Shown: positions 30,104-40,608, counted from the first letter of the stretch. The stretch: 64,000 nucleotides of DNA from a virus (IMGVR_UViG_3300025138_000032:5688-69687), one strand, 5' to 3'. Translations and numbers: made by a program. Notes: generated by a model not told the origin, from the letters alone.

Positions 30104-31818
30104 TTAATTTTAGCAAAATACGATACAAGAACTTGTTATCGTCTGGTAACACATTTACTAGTTTCGACCTAGACAGGTCGCAGACAACATTAATTGTTGG
30201 AGATAATGGTGCAGGTAAGTCTACACTATTAGATGCATTGTGTTTCGTGTTGTATGGCAAAGGTTTTCGTAATCTTAAAAAAGACTTATTGGTAAACTCT
30301 ATCAATCAGAAAGACCTAGTAGTTGAGATAGAATTTACAGTTGGTAGAAAATCATACAAAGTTATTCGTGGTGCAAAACCAAATAAGTTTGAGTTATATG
30401 TCAATGGTACAATGCTCAATCAAGATGCAACAGTCAGAGATTATCAAGAACACTTAGAGAAGAACATTCTAAAGATGTCCTTTCGTTCATTCACTCAAGT
30501 TGCAGTATTGGGTTCGGCTAACTTTACTCCTTTCATGCAGTTAAAGTCAGTAGAGAGAAGAAGACTAGTAGAAGACCTACTCGACATATCTATATTCTCA
30601 ACCATGCAAGACATTCTTAAGAAGAGAGTTACACAACACAATATAGATGTCAGAGAAACCAAACACAACATTGAACTATTAGAAGAAAGAATAAGTGGTC
30701 TCAATGAACAAGTAAATCTACTTTCAAAGTCTCGTGATAAGAAAGTAGAGAAGTATGAAAATACAATAAGAGAAACTCAGAGTAACATAGACTCCGTAAT
30801 GGGTGTCATTAAACTAAATACTGAGGTGGTGAAAGAGAAGAGACATTCTATCTCAGACAGAGACCCACAAGGTGACAGATTAAAGCGGGCCTTAGACTTA
30901 GAAAGTAAACTAGAAGAGTCACAAAGAAAGGCACTTAAAGAAATAGAATTCTACAAAAACAATGATGATTGTCCAACTTGCAAACAGGGATTAGATGAAC
31001 AGCATAAGAAGAAACACATTAAAGATAAATCAGATAAGGTCAGCGAGCTCAAGGCGGCGGTGCTTTCGATTAACGAAACAATCGATGCATCAAGAAATAG
31101 AATGGCAGAAATCAACGATGTCCTCGGAGACATCGAAGAAGTCCAAAGACAAATAGGTTTACATCAAACAGAGATTTTATCTAATCAAAAGTACATAGAG
31201 AAATTGAATCAGGAAATCAGTGACTTAAAGAGTGAAGTTAATTCTGAGACTGGTGTAAATGATAAACTCAGTAATGCTGAAGATGACCTAGATAAATTAC
31301 ATTCTAAGAAAGAAAGTCTTACAGATAGACAACATTACTTTGACCTTGCAACAACTTTACTCAGAGACCAAGGTGTAAGACAAAGAATAATTAAACAATA
31401 TGTTCCTGTAATGAACAAGATGATTAACAAGTATCTTGCAAATTTAGAATTCTATGTTGGGTTTGAATTGAATGAATCATTCGAAGAGACAATCAAATCC
31501 AGATTTAGAGATGTATTTAAGTATGATAATTTCTCACAAGGAGAAAAGATGAGAATTGACCTTGCATTGTTGTTCACATGGAGAGCAGTCGCAAGAATCA
31601 AGAACTCAGTCAATACAAACATACTTATACTTGACGAGGTATTTGACTCCTCTTTAGATTCACAAGGTACAGATGACTTCTTGAAGTTACTGAACTCACT
31701 GAATGAGAAGACAAATGCATTTATTATCTCCCATAAAGGAGACCAACTATATGATAAGTTTGAAGAAGTGGTTCGATTTGAGAAACACAAGAATTTCAGC
31801 CGTATCGCAATTTCATAA
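30100..31818 (+). CDS. gp46: Recombination ATPase subunit gp46 (Rad50-like)
   Basis: GDNGAGKST, CPTC zinc hook, FSQGEK and LDEVFD. Confidence 0.96.
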   Translation: MINFSKIRYKNLLSSGNTFTSFDLDRSQTTLIVGDNGAGKSTLLDALCFVLYGKGFRNLKKDLLVNSINQKDLVVEIEFTVGRKSYKVIRGAKPNKFELYVNGTMLNQDATVRDYQEHLEKNILKMSFRSFTQVAVLGSANFTPFMQLKSVERRRLVEDLLDISIFSTMQDILKKRVTQHNIDVRETKHNIELLEERISGLNEQVNLLSKSRDKKVEKYENTIRETQSNIDSVMGVIKLNTEVVKEKRHSISDRDPQGDRLKRALDLESKLEESQRKALKEIEFYKNNDDCPTCKQGLDEQHKKKHIKDKSDKVSELKAAVLSINETIDASRNRMAEINDVLGDIEEVQRQIGLHQTEILSNQKYIEKLNQEISDLKSEVNSETGVNDKLSNAEDDLDKLHSKKESLTDRQHYFDLATTLLRDQGVRQRIIKQYVPVMNKMINKYLANLEFYVGFELNESFEETIKSRFRDVFKYDNFSQGEKMRIDLALLFTWRAVARIKNSVNTNILILDEVFDSSLDSQGTDDFLKLLNSLNEKTNAFIISHKGDQLYDKFEEVVRFEKHKNFSRIAIS

Positions 31819-31826
31819 ATAAAACT

Positions 31827-32462
31827 ATGTATCAATTAATAGAAGAAGCATCAAATGTATTAAGAACTCCACCTCCGGAGTTTGACTTTGAAAATCCACC
31901 AGAAGACCCAATTGAAATTGCCAAGAACATGGCAGAGGCAATGGACAAATTTGGGGGTTTAGGACTCTCATGTAATCAAGTTGGATTACCTTACAGAATG
32001 TTTGTCATGAGAACAATGCATGAGGGCGATAAAGAATCAAAAGTCATCGCATACTATAATCCTAAGTTGACACGAGTGTCACAAGATACAGACTTAATGA
32101 AAGAGGGGTGTTTATCGTTCCCAGACCTATTCTTAATGATTAAAAGGTCTAAAACGATAGAATTCACATATCAAGATGAAACCGGTGAAGAGAAGAGTGC
32201 AGTGCTAGAAGGCATTGGTGCAAGATGTGTTCAACATGAAATTGACCACTTGAATGGAATCTTATTTTTACAAAGGGCATCAAGATTAAAACTTGAGAGA
32301 GCTCAAAAGGCTCGAGTAAAAGAAAAAAAGAAAAGACTAGAATATGAAAGAAGAATCGCACTTGCAAAATACTTCCAAGAATTGCAGTCCTCCAAGGATG
32401 CTGAAATATCTAATGATGCCGGAGAGGTGTCAACAGATAATAGAGTTTCACAAGAGTCATAG
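31827..32462 (+). CDS. def: Peptide deformylase
   Basis: GLGLSCNQVG, EGCLS and QHEIDHLNG. Confidence 0.93.
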   Translation: MYQLIEEASNVLRTPPPEFDFENPPEDPIEIAKNMAEAMDKFGGLGLSCNQVGLPYRMFVMRTMHEGDKESKVIAYYNPKLTRVSQDTDLMKEGCLSFPDLFLMIKRSKTIEFTYQDETGEEKSAVLEGIGARCVQHEIDHLNGILFLQRASRLKLERAQKARVKEKKKRLEYERRIALAKYFQELQSSKDAEISNDAGEVSTDNRVSQES

Positions 32463-32982
32463 ACACTTACAAGCTGTAGGAGATGGGTCTGATTACTTTG
32501 GTATCAGACTTATGCACATTCACAATCCTGACATTAGACAATGGGTCTTTGAAGTCATGGTGGATTTAATTGGTGAAATAAGAAAAACATCTGACCAGAT
32601 AGTATTTCCAGAAATGGTGGCAATCAATGAATGGCCAATTGGTGGTATTCAAGACCCACACCTAGACACCTATTCTAATCAACAATTCGAAGCCGGTACC
32701 CAAGAAACTCATCCTTCCAGAGAGTGGACTTGTATTCTATATCTAAACGATGACTTCAGAGGTGGCAGAACTTATGTGCCAGATGGAGAGACATATGAAC
32801 CAGAGATGGGTTCAGGTCTACTATTTCAAGGAATCTACATACCTCATGGTGTAGAAAAAGTGAGAAGAAACTCACGACACACAATCTCATTATGGTTCAC
32901 AACTGATTCGTCCAGAGTCATGCCCATATATCCAGTAAGAGACTTAAATCTCAACGAAGACAACATCCGACAACAACCTTAA
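32398..32982 (+). CDS. 2OG-Fe(II) oxygenase, prolyl-4-hydroxylase-like
   Basis: PHLD, YLNDDFRGG and HGVEKV...RHTISLW; start uncertain. Confidence 0.8.
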   Translation: MLKYLMMPERCQQIIEFHKSHRHLQAVGDGSDYFGIRLMHIHNPDIRQWVFEVMVDLIGEIRKTSDQIVFPEMVAINEWPIGGIQDPHLDTYSNQQFEAGTQETHPSREWTCILYLNDDFRGGRTYVPDGETYEPEMGSGLLFQGIYIPHGVEKVRRNSRHTISLWFTTDSSRVMPIYPVRDLNLNEDNIRQQP

Positions 32983-32991
32983 TTTATCTAG

Positions 32992-33024
32992 GGGTTGACA
33001 GCGACCCTCACTTTTTGTTACCAT
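32992..33024 (+). promoter_or_regulatory. Conserved early (sigma70-like) promoter, copy 1
   Basis: GGGTTGACA-18 nt (…CCCTCACTTTTTG…)-TACCAT; five related copies in the window. Confidence 0.75.
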
Positions 33025-33053
33025 TATCCTATAATGAAAAAGGAGATAATATA

Positions 33054-33341
33054 ATGCCAAAATTTAATGACCGAGTAGAGGTTGCAGGAAGACACTATTC
33101 TAGGTGGGGAATCACAGGTACATTCAGTACGACTAGAGATGCAGTCGAAAAATACAAAAATGATTTTATAATCGTAGAGGGCGTAGTTCGTTGGAAGTCC
33201 AATGACCAAATTCCTTTTGGTGATATGTTATTAGATTTTTGTGAAGCAAGTCTTATTAGTCCGAAACAAGTAAGAGTTTCTTCAGAAATTAGAGAAAAAG
33301 AAACTGATGAGTTTTGGGAAAGATTTGGACTTGGGGCCTAA
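33054..33341 (+). CDS. Hypothetical early protein
   Basis: SD AGGAG before ATG 33054. Confidence 0.65.
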   Translation: MPKFNDRVEVAGRHYSRWGITGTFSTTRDAVEKYKNDFIIVEGVVRWKSNDQIPFGDMLLDFCEASLISPKQVRVSSEIREKETDEFWERFGLGA

Positions 33342-33342
33342 A

Positions 33343-33374
33343 GGTTGACAATGACCTTCACTTTTTGATAGGAT
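33343..33374 (+). promoter_or_regulatory. Early promoter, copy 2
   Basis: GGTTGACAATGACCTTCACTTTTTGATAGGAT. Confidence 0.78.
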
Positions 33375-33380
33375 ATAAAC

Positions 33381-35759
33381 ATGACAGAAAAACTTAAAAA
33401 CCAAAAAGACTCACTCGCAAGATTAATGGCAACAGAAAATCTTACGATTGTACATAAAAAAATACCAACTGCATACTTTGATGTTAAGAATAGGATACTC
33501 GCTTGTCCTACTTTCAAAGATGACATTTCTCCAGAACTATATGACTTGTTCATGGGGCATGAAGTTGGCCATGCACTGAATACTCCTTACGAGGGACTTC
33601 ATTCTACATTAGTTGAGAATAGAACTCTTAAGGGTTATCTTAATGTTGTCGAAGATGTAAGAATCGAGAAGGCAATCAAACAGAAGTATCAAGGGTTGAG
33701 AACTTCTTTCTTTAAGGCATACAATGAACTTATGGAAAAGAACTTCTTCGGCATCGAGGGTAGAGACTTACAAGAACTTGCATTGATTGACAAAATCAAT
33801 TTGATTACTAAGTGTGGTTCTAGAGTCAACATCAAACTTAATTCTGAAGAACAAACATTCTTAGATATGGCAGAGGCATGTAAGACTTGGGAAGAAGTTG
33901 TCGCTTGTGCTAATTCAATCTATGAGTACTCTAAAGAAAACGAAGACAGAACTAAAGAAGACGAACAAATTTCTACTATGCAAATGCCTGATATTGAAGA
34001 GTCTGAAGAAGAAGACGAAGATGCAGAATCAAATCAGATGCCTGGTAACTATGACGAATCAGAAGAAGAGTCTGAAGAAGAAGACGAAGTATCAAAGGCT
34101 GACTCTGAAGTAGACGAGAAAGGCGAAGAGACTGATAACCAGATTAAAGAAGTTGGTTCTAAGGGTGGCAAGTTCGAAGGCGCCTATGACGAATTAGATG
34201 GTGCTAGAGAGTCAATCACCGAACACTTTGCACATAACAACGAAGATGACTTTGTTGACGAAAATGCAAACATAAAAACTAATGTTGACTTGAGAACTAA
34301 ATTCAAGAATGCTGATATAGACTCTATGATTTACACTCACAAACAAGTTGCCACTGATTGGCAAGAATGGTTAGTCGCTGCTGATTGGGACAGACAAATT
34401 GCAGAAGATGACTACTACAATCAAGAACATAAAGATGAGGCACTTACTGAAAGAAGTCACACTATTATTCTTGGCAAACATTACAGAAAACATCTTCAAA
34501 ACAAAAACAAAAAGATTGTTGCCCACATGGCAAAAGAGTTTGAGTTAAGACAAAATGCACATAGAAGTGCTAAGGCATATACAGGCACTAGTGGTGACCT
34601 TGATATGAATAGACTTGCTAAGTATCAGATTGTTGATGACATTTTCAAAAGAGTCACATACATTCCAGATGGCAAGAATCATGGTGTCAATGTTTTACTT
34701 GACTGGTCTGGTTCTATTCATAATGAGTGTGCCGACATGTTAGAACAATCAATTATACTTTCAGAGTTCTGTAGAAAAGTAAACATTCCTTACAGAGTGT
34801 ATCTCTTCTCAGATTCTATTCAAAGACAAGACAGATATGACTACTCAAGTGGCACTGCAAAACTTGTCGAGATTATGACTAACGAAATGTCTAACAGAAA
34901 ATACTCAGAGATTCTAGATTACTTATCTTGTATACTAGTTGGCAAAATGCATGATGAGCTTCAGCACTCATGGGGTGGTTCAACAAAGGCCGAGAAACTT
35001 GCTGAAGAATACAATGCGATATTCAGTTCAATTCAACAATGGGATCCTGCAACTTCATACTGGAGAGATTCAAGATTCTCAAGACATTGTTGTCCTGAGA
35101 ATTACAGATTGGGTGGTACACCTCTTGACCATTGTTTAGTTGCTATGAGAAAATTCTTACCAGAGTTCAACAGACAGTATGGTATTGAGAAATCAATTCT
35201 AACAATCATCACCGATGGGTTCAGTTTCAGAAGTGACTTCTTTGACGAATCAGAAGCAGAGTCTACTGACTACAAGGCTCAGGCAGGCGATGACTACTGG
35301 TATTCTGCCAAGAGAGAGAGAAGTTTCATCGACCCATACATCAACAAGAACTTTCTTTACACAACTAATTCTGGTTATGGCAGAAACGACTTCGAGAAAA
35401 CTCAGAACATATTAGAGTGGTTATCAGATACTTGCAATGTCACCGTGACAGGATACTTTGTTTTCACCAAGAAGAGAGACTTCCAGTCAATGGGTGAATA
35501 CATCATACCAAACTTTTGGGCAGAAGTTGATGGGTTGTGGAAAGATATGAGAAAATCAGGTGTAGTAGTTGACACCAAGGGTTACAACAAATTGTTCTTG
35601 ACCACTGCATCTAATCTTGCTACGACAGGCGATGACGAACTTGGCGAAGAGTTCATTGGTGCAAACAAAAACAGAGTGACTGCCGCTTTCAAAAGAAATC
35701 AGAAAGGCAAGTCAACATCAAGATTTCTAACTAACGAATTTATAAAGGAGATTGCATAA
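33381..35759 (+). CDS. HEXXH metallopeptidase-like plus VWA domain protein (CobT-like partner of the AAA ATPase)
   Basis: HEVGH...EDVRIE; acidic linker; MIDAS DWSGS, GGTPL and ITDG. Confidence 0.85.
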   Translation: MTEKLKNQKDSLARLMATENLTIVHKKIPTAYFDVKNRILACPTFKDDISPELYDLFMGHEVGHALNTPYEGLHSTLVENRTLKGYLNVVEDVRIEKAIKQKYQGLRTSFFKAYNELMEKNFFGIEGRDLQELALIDKINLITKCGSRVNIKLNSEEQTFLDMAEACKTWEEVVACANSIYEYSKENEDRTKEDEQISTMQMPDIEESEEEDEDAESNQMPGNYDESEEESEEEDEVSKADSEVDEKGEETDNQIKEVGSKGGKFEGAYDELDGARESITEHFAHNNEDDFVDENANIKTNVDLRTKFKNADIDSMIYTHKQVATDWQEWLVAADWDRQIAEDDYYNQEHKDEALTERSHTIILGKHYRKHLQNKNKKIVAHMAKEFELRQNAHRSAKAYTGTSGDLDMNRLAKYQIVDDIFKRVTYIPDGKNHGVNVLLDWSGSIHNECADMLEQSIILSEFCRKVNIPYRVYLFSDSIQRQDRYDYSSGTAKLVEIMTNEMSNRKYSEILDYLSCILVGKMHDELQHSWGGSTKAEKLAEEYNAIFSSIQQWDPATSYWRDSRFSRHCCPENYRLGGTPLDHCLVAMRKFLPEFNRQYGIEKSILTIITDGFSFRSDFFDESEAESTDYKAQAGDDYWYSAKRERSFIDPYINKNFLYTTNSGYGRNDFEKTQNILEWLSDTCNVTVTGYFVFTKKRDFQSMGEYIIPNFWAEVDGLWKDMRKSGVVVDTKGYNKLFLTTASNLATTGDDELGEEFIGANKNRVTAAFKRNQKGKSTSRFLTNEFIKEIA

Positions 35760-35992
35760 TGGAAATGATAGGTACTATTAATATTGATAAATTTCAAGAC
35801 GCCATACAACAGGTCGGTAAAGGACCTTGTGTAGAGTTTGATTGCCCTAGGCAAAGGGCTTGTGGCGAAGAAGAGGTTGAATGTAAGGCATTTAGGTTTT
35901 GGGTCAACAATGATTCATACACCACAATGAGAAAAGGTCAGAAGACTTCTATTGCAATTGACATGGAAAGATTACTAAAAGAAATTGAATAG
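35759..35992 (+). CDS. Small Cys-rich hypothetical protein
   Basis: Four spaced Cys residues (PC..FDCP...C......CKAF); SD AAGGAG. Confidence 0.6.
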   Translation: MEMIGTINIDKFQDAIQQVGKGPCVEFDCPRQRACGEEEVECKAFRFWVNNDSYTTMRKGQKTSIAIDMERLLKEIE

Positions 35993-36024
35993 GGTTGACA
36001 ATGACCCTCACTTTTTGATAGGAT
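35992..36024 (+). promoter_or_regulatory. Early promoter, copy 3
   Basis: GGGTTGACAATGACCCTCACTTTTTGATAGGAT. Confidence 0.78.
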
Positions 36025-36066
36025 AATAACTGATGAGAAATAAAACTACTTTAACGGAGACAAATT

Positions 36067-37281
36067 ATGAGTAAGTGGACATACGACCCAACAGAGTCGA
36101 TTAATATAGGGAATGCAAATTTCCACCTGACACCTGACAGGAAAGAATTTATTCAGGCATTAAAGGAAAAATATCCGAATCAATTGCAATTCACGAAAGA
36201 GCAATTCAATTCGTTAGGACATTTTCCATATTGGCTGAAGTCAAACAGGTATAACTTTAAAGATGGTTCAGTCTTTAATCTTCAACCTATTCTTGCTGTC
36301 GATAATAACGGCACGACTATTGCAGTTTCTAATAAACCAGAACCTCTTGCAGTTCCTCAGACCAAGAGGGTTCAACAGATGCCTGTTGCCGCTCAATCTG
36401 AGAGTGTGAATATCATGAGTGATGTCAAAATCATTCCTGAGAAGATGCCAAACTATGTGCCTTTTGGTCATGCTAAAGATGTTAAGAACATTCTTAAATC
36501 TAAGATATTCTTTCCTTTCTTTGTGACAGGTCTTTCAGGTAATGGTAAAACATTAATGATTGAACAAACTTGTGCTCAGTTGAAGAGAGAACTCTTCAGA
36601 GTCAATATCACTATTGAGACAGACGAAGACGACCTAATGGGTGGTCACACTTTGCAGAATGGTAACATCATCTTCAGAGAAGGTCCAGTTATCAAGGCAA
36701 TGAGAAAAGGCGCTGTCTTACTTCTTGACGAAGTTGACTTAGGGTCTAACAAAATGATGTGTTTACAATCAGTTCTTGAGGGCAAAGGTTACTTAATCAA
36801 GAAAACTGGTGAGTGGGTTACACCGACTCCTGGTTTCACTGTTGTCGCAACTGCCAACACTAAGGGCCAAGGGTCTGAAGATGGCAAGTTCATTGGTACT
36901 CAAATCATGAATGAGGCGATGCTTGAAAGATTCGCTATCACAATGCAACAAGAATATCCACCAGTAACTACTGAGAGAAATATTCTAAAACAAGAAATGG
37001 CTTTGACTGGCGATGTTGACGATGACTTCGTTAAGAAACTAGTTGATTGGGCTGACATAATCAGAAAGACTTATTACGAAGGCGCCATTGATGATGTGAT
37101 TACGACCAGAAGGTTAGTTCACATTGTTAGTGCTTACAAGATGTTTGGTGACAAACTAAAGGCGATTACAATGTGCATATCTAGATTTGACGAAGAAACT
37201 AGAAATGCTGTTCTTGACCTTTACACCAAAGTCGATGATGGTGTGCATTTAGAAAACCCTGTTGACGAAACAGACTCTTAA
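36067..37281 (+). CDS. cobS: CobS/MoxR-like AAA+ ATPase
   Basis: GLSGNGKT, LLLDEVD, ATANTKG and NEAMLERF. Confidence 0.88.
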   Translation: MSKWTYDPTESINIGNANFHLTPDRKEFIQALKEKYPNQLQFTKEQFNSLGHFPYWLKSNRYNFKDGSVFNLQPILAVDNNGTTIAVSNKPEPLAVPQTKRVQQMPVAAQSESVNIMSDVKIIPEKMPNYVPFGHAKDVKNILKSKIFFPFFVTGLSGNGKTLMIEQTCAQLKRELFRVNITIETDEDDLMGGHTLQNGNIIFREGPVIKAMRKGAVLLLDEVDLGSNKMMCLQSVLEGKGYLIKKTGEWVTPTPGFTVVATANTKGQGSEDGKFIGTQIMNEAMLERFAITMQQEYPPVTTERNILKQEMALTGDVDDDFVKKLVDWADIIRKTYYEGAIDDVITTRRLVHIVSAYKMFGDKLKAITMCISRFDEETRNAVLDLYTKVDDGVHLENPVDETDS

Positions 37282-37296
37282 GAGTATAATACTAAT

Positions 37297-37605
37297 ATGG
37301 GTTTATTTACTAAGTCAAACAACAAAGTCCAACGAGGCATTGACTACAAATACAATGAGGGAGAACTTCTAAAAGAGTTCTCTCAATATGTAGATTCAAC
37401 TTATGACCAACACTACAGTCTGAACAAGTATCAGGCAACTGAATTCATTATGGATGCAGGACACGGTGAAGGTTTTTGTATTGGGAATATTTTAAAGTAT
37501 GCCCAACGATATGGCAAAAAGGGTGGGAAAAATCGTGCCGACCTTTTGAAAGTAATTCATTATGGGTTTCTTGCTTTAAATAATCACGATAAAAATGGAG
37601 ACTAA
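37297..37605 (+). CDS. DUF3310-like protein (T7 gp1.7-like nucleotide kinase family)
   Basis: HY...GFCIGNILKYAQRYGKK...DLLKVIHY. Confidence 0.75.
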   Translation: MGLFTKSNNKVQRGIDYKYNEGELLKEFSQYVDSTYDQHYSLNKYQATEFIMDAGHGEGFCIGNILKYAQRYGKKGGKNRADLLKVIHYGFLALNNHDKNGD

Positions 37606-37608
37606 GAA

Positions 37609-38274
37609 ATGAAAATTTCAAGTGAAACAAAGGCGATACTAAAAAACTTCGCTACAATTAATTCAGGTATCAAAGTTGATTCAGGTAATCAACTTAAGAC
37701 GATATCTAACATGAAGAATATTCTGGCTGTCGCTACGATACCAGAAACATTCGACAAGTCATTTAGTATCTACAATCTTGTAGAATTTCTAGGTGCAACT
37801 AGTCTATTAGAGAATCCAGAATTCAATTTCAATGATTCGTCATTGAGTATTGCTGATGCTGATACATCTCTAACTTACTTCTATGCCTCAGAGGGTATGG
37901 TCACTTCACCAGAGAAGATGATTACTATGCCAGATGCAGAGATTAATATAGAATTATCTTCTACACTTCTAACTGAATTGCAAAAGGCAGCTTCAGTATT
38001 GGGTGTTAATGATTTGATACTTACATCTGATGGGACTAAAATTCAGATGCAAGTAACTGATAAGAAGAATACAACTTCGAACACATTCAGTAGAACTGTT
38101 GGCGAAGGCAATGGTGACACATTCACCATGAATTTCAAGATTGAGAACTTGAAAGTTTTAGATGGCAACTACTCAGTTGCAGTATCCTCAAAAGGCATAT
38201 CTCATTTCAATAATAAAGATTTGGCTTTAGAATACTTTATTGCTTTAGAACCAGATAGTTCTTACAGCGCTTAG
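37609..38274 (+). CDS. gp45: Sliding clamp gp45
   Basis: LKNFATINSG, IYNLVEFL and YFIALE. Confidence 0.95.
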   Translation: MKISSETKAILKNFATINSGIKVDSGNQLKTISNMKNILAVATIPETFDKSFSIYNLVEFLGATSLLENPEFNFNDSSLSIADADTSLTYFYASEGMVTSPEKMITMPDAEINIELSSTLLTELQKAASVLGVNDLILTSDGTKIQMQVTDKKNTTSNTFSRTVGEGNGDTFTMNFKIENLKVLDGNYSVAVSSKGISHFNNKDLALEYFIALEPDSSYSA

Positions 38275-38389
38275 CATAAATACTTATGTGTGAAACAGCG
38301 CCAGTCTCCGCTACTTTCATGGGAGTATTAGAATCTCATCATCAATGGTCTAATACACGAACACTCGGAGGGGTTTGTTCTTCTTAATT

Positions 38390-39334
38390 ATGAATACAAA
38401 TGAATTTTTATATGTAGAAAAGTATCGTCCTACTATCATTGCCGATACTATACTACCCAAAGGCGTTAAGAAAACATTCCGAGAGTTTGTTTCTAATAAC
38501 GAGATACCAAATCTAATGCTTTGTGGTTCACAAGGTACAGGCAAAACAACGGTCGCTAAGGCACTCTGTAATGAGTTAGGAGCTGATTTCATTGTCATTA
38601 ATGGCAGTGACGAGGGCCGTCTTATCGACACTTTGCGAACAAAGATTAAAAACTTCGCATCTACTGTATCTCTTCAAGGTGGCCCGAAAGTGGTCATACT
38701 TGATGAGGCAGATTATATATCTGCTGACTCAGTACAACCTGCATTGAGAAACTTCATAGAAGAGTTCTCAAGTAACTGTAGGTTTATCTTTACATGTAAC
38801 TACAAGAATAGAATCATTGCACCTCTACATAGTAGATGTACTGTAATTGATTTCTCAATACCCAAGAACGAAAAACAAGCACTCGCAATGGGTGGTCTAG
38901 ATAGACTAAAATCTATATGTGACAATGAGGGTATTAAGTATGATGAGAAGGTATTAGTAGAACTTATACTAAAGTTCTTTCCAGATTTCAGACGATGTAT
39001 CAACGAAGTTCAACGATATGGTGCAAGTGGTGTAATCGATAGTGGTCTATTAGCGACATTATCAGAAGAAAAACTGACACCATTGATTGATATGATTGCA
39101 GGTAAAAACTGGGGCGCCATGAGAAAATGGGTCGCTCAAAATTCTGATAATGATTTCAATGGTTTATATCGTAAGATATTTGATGCACTCGAACAAAGAT
39201 TAGAACCAAGTTCTATACCTGCAGCTGTTTTGTTCATCGCTGATTATCAATACAAGGCTGCATTCGCTATGGATTCAGAAATTAACTTCACCGCATGTCT
39301 CACCGAGATTATGTCCGAGTGCAAGTTTAAGTGA
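38390..39334 (+). CDS. gp44: Clamp loader large subunit gp44
   Basis: VEKYRP, GTGKTT, ILDEAD and PLHSRC. Confidence 0.96.
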   Translation: MNTNEFLYVEKYRPTIIADTILPKGVKKTFREFVSNNEIPNLMLCGSQGTGKTTVAKALCNELGADFIVINGSDEGRLIDTLRTKIKNFASTVSLQGGPKVVILDEADYISADSVQPALRNFIEEFSSNCRFIFTCNYKNRIIAPLHSRCTVIDFSIPKNEKQALAMGGLDRLKSICDNEGIKYDEKVLVELILKFFPDFRRCINEVQRYGASGVIDSGLLATLSEEKLTPLIDMIAGKNWGAMRKWVAQNSDNDFNGLYRKIFDALEQRLEPSSIPAAVLFIADYQYKAAFAMDSEINFTACLTEIMSECKFK

Positions 39335-39435
39335 TTGAATTATTAGTATGGAGTTTAATAGTAATTACATGGGCAACATATGGTATGCATGTAATAAAAG
39401 AGTTTGTGAGAAATCACATAGAATAGGAGACTGAA

Positions 39436-39849
39436 ATGAAAGTAGAACCAATAATGAAAAAACCAACTAGATTCAGACGATTTGCATTTGCACTTGTGAA
39501 TGCTTGGAGAAGAGTAATGGATGTGAAATATAATCCATTAAAATATATACCCGACCCAAGTTTACAGACTTACTTTATGTTAGTTTTGTTTACTGTATGG
39601 AGTGTATTCTTTGGGTTTCTGGCTGCAAACTACTTAGGGTTCTTTAATTACAATACTCTAATTAGTATCATCATACATATTGCAATACTATTACCATTAG
39701 CATTTACCAATGCAATCTTTGTTGATGCAGAGAGAGATGGACATAAATGGTTAAAAGAATGGACAGAAGAAAGAAACAGATATCGTATTGTCGCTAACAG
39801 ACTCAGAACTAAAAACTTAGTTATGTGGAATCCAAACGAGGAAGCATAA
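39436..39849 (+). CDS. Conserved membrane protein
   Basis: MDVKYNPLKYIPD followed by two TM helices. Confidence 0.65.
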   Translation: MKVEPIMKKPTRFRRFAFALVNAWRRVMDVKYNPLKYIPDPSLQTYFMLVLFTVWSVFFGFLAANYLGFFNYNTLISIIIHIAILLPLAFTNAIFVDAERDGHKWLKEWTEERNRYRIVANRLRTKNLVMWNPNEEA

Positions 39850-39945
39850 TGGGTAAATTAAGACAATGGTTAGCAAGATGGTTTGATTACCACTTAGAAA
39901 AAAGTCTACAAAGACATGCCGATAAAATATGGCGGGAAAGTAAAG

Positions 39946-40215
39946 ATGACAGAACACAATAATATAGTAGAATTTCAAAGACAATTATTGGCCGCAGAAG
40001 AATGGTCGAGTAAAGTTAAGGGCATACATGCACATTCAATAAACTCTATGTGGTACGATGACAGACCACAAGATACTTCAGAAGGCAAGTGTGTTACCGA
40101 TGTTGAATACAATAACGGCACAATTGAGAGAACTCAACAAGACGGAACTAAGCATATGTTTGGCACTGCTCTTACTGGTCAAGCCCTAGTTGATTCTATG
40201 AATAGAAACACTTAA
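39946..40215 (+). CDS. Hypothetical protein
   Basis: Open frame with phage-like codon use; start uncertain. Confidence 0.55.
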   Translation: MTEHNNIVEFQRQLLAAEEWSSKVKGIHAHSINSMWYDDRPQDTSEGKCVTDVEYNNGTIERTQQDGTKHMFGTALTGQALVDSMNRNT

Positions 40216-40608
40216 GTGTCAAAACGAAATCCATTCGACTTCGTTAAGTCGGTCTCTTACGACAAAAAAGATATCATGGTTGATGATATCGAAGAGAAAG
40301 CATATCAACCATTCTTAATCAATAAGGCATTATCTTATCACCAAGATGCAGTCTTTCTAGTAAACGAGATGAATACACGGTTTGATACTGATAACCGTCT
40401 TCAATACTTGTTTTTCATAAATACTCTTAGAAAACGACAAAGATTTTCTAAATGGCATAAACCTTTCGAAAGTAAGAAGTTAGATACAGTGAAGCAGGCC
40501 TTCGGCGTATCCTCACAAAGGGCCAAAGAATATCTTGAGTTATTAAATGATAAACAGTATCGTGACTTGAAAGACAGTATGAAAATTGGTGGAAAGAATA
40601 ATGGATGA
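40216..40608 (+). CDS. gp62: Clamp loader small subunit gp62
   Basis: YQPFLINKALS, NEMN and LRKRQRFSKW. Confidence 0.92.
   Translation: MSKRNPFDFVKSVSYDKKDIMVDDIEEKAYQPFLINKALSYHQDAVFLVNEMNTRFDTDNRLQYLFFINTLRKRQRFSKWHKPFESKKLDTVKQAFGVSSQRAKEYLELLNDKQYRDLKDSMKIGGKNNG

Noticed and set aside
36067-37281. Cobalamin biosynthesis function for the cobS-like gene
   Set aside because: Only a generic MoxR-type AAA+ is supported, and no other cob genes are present.
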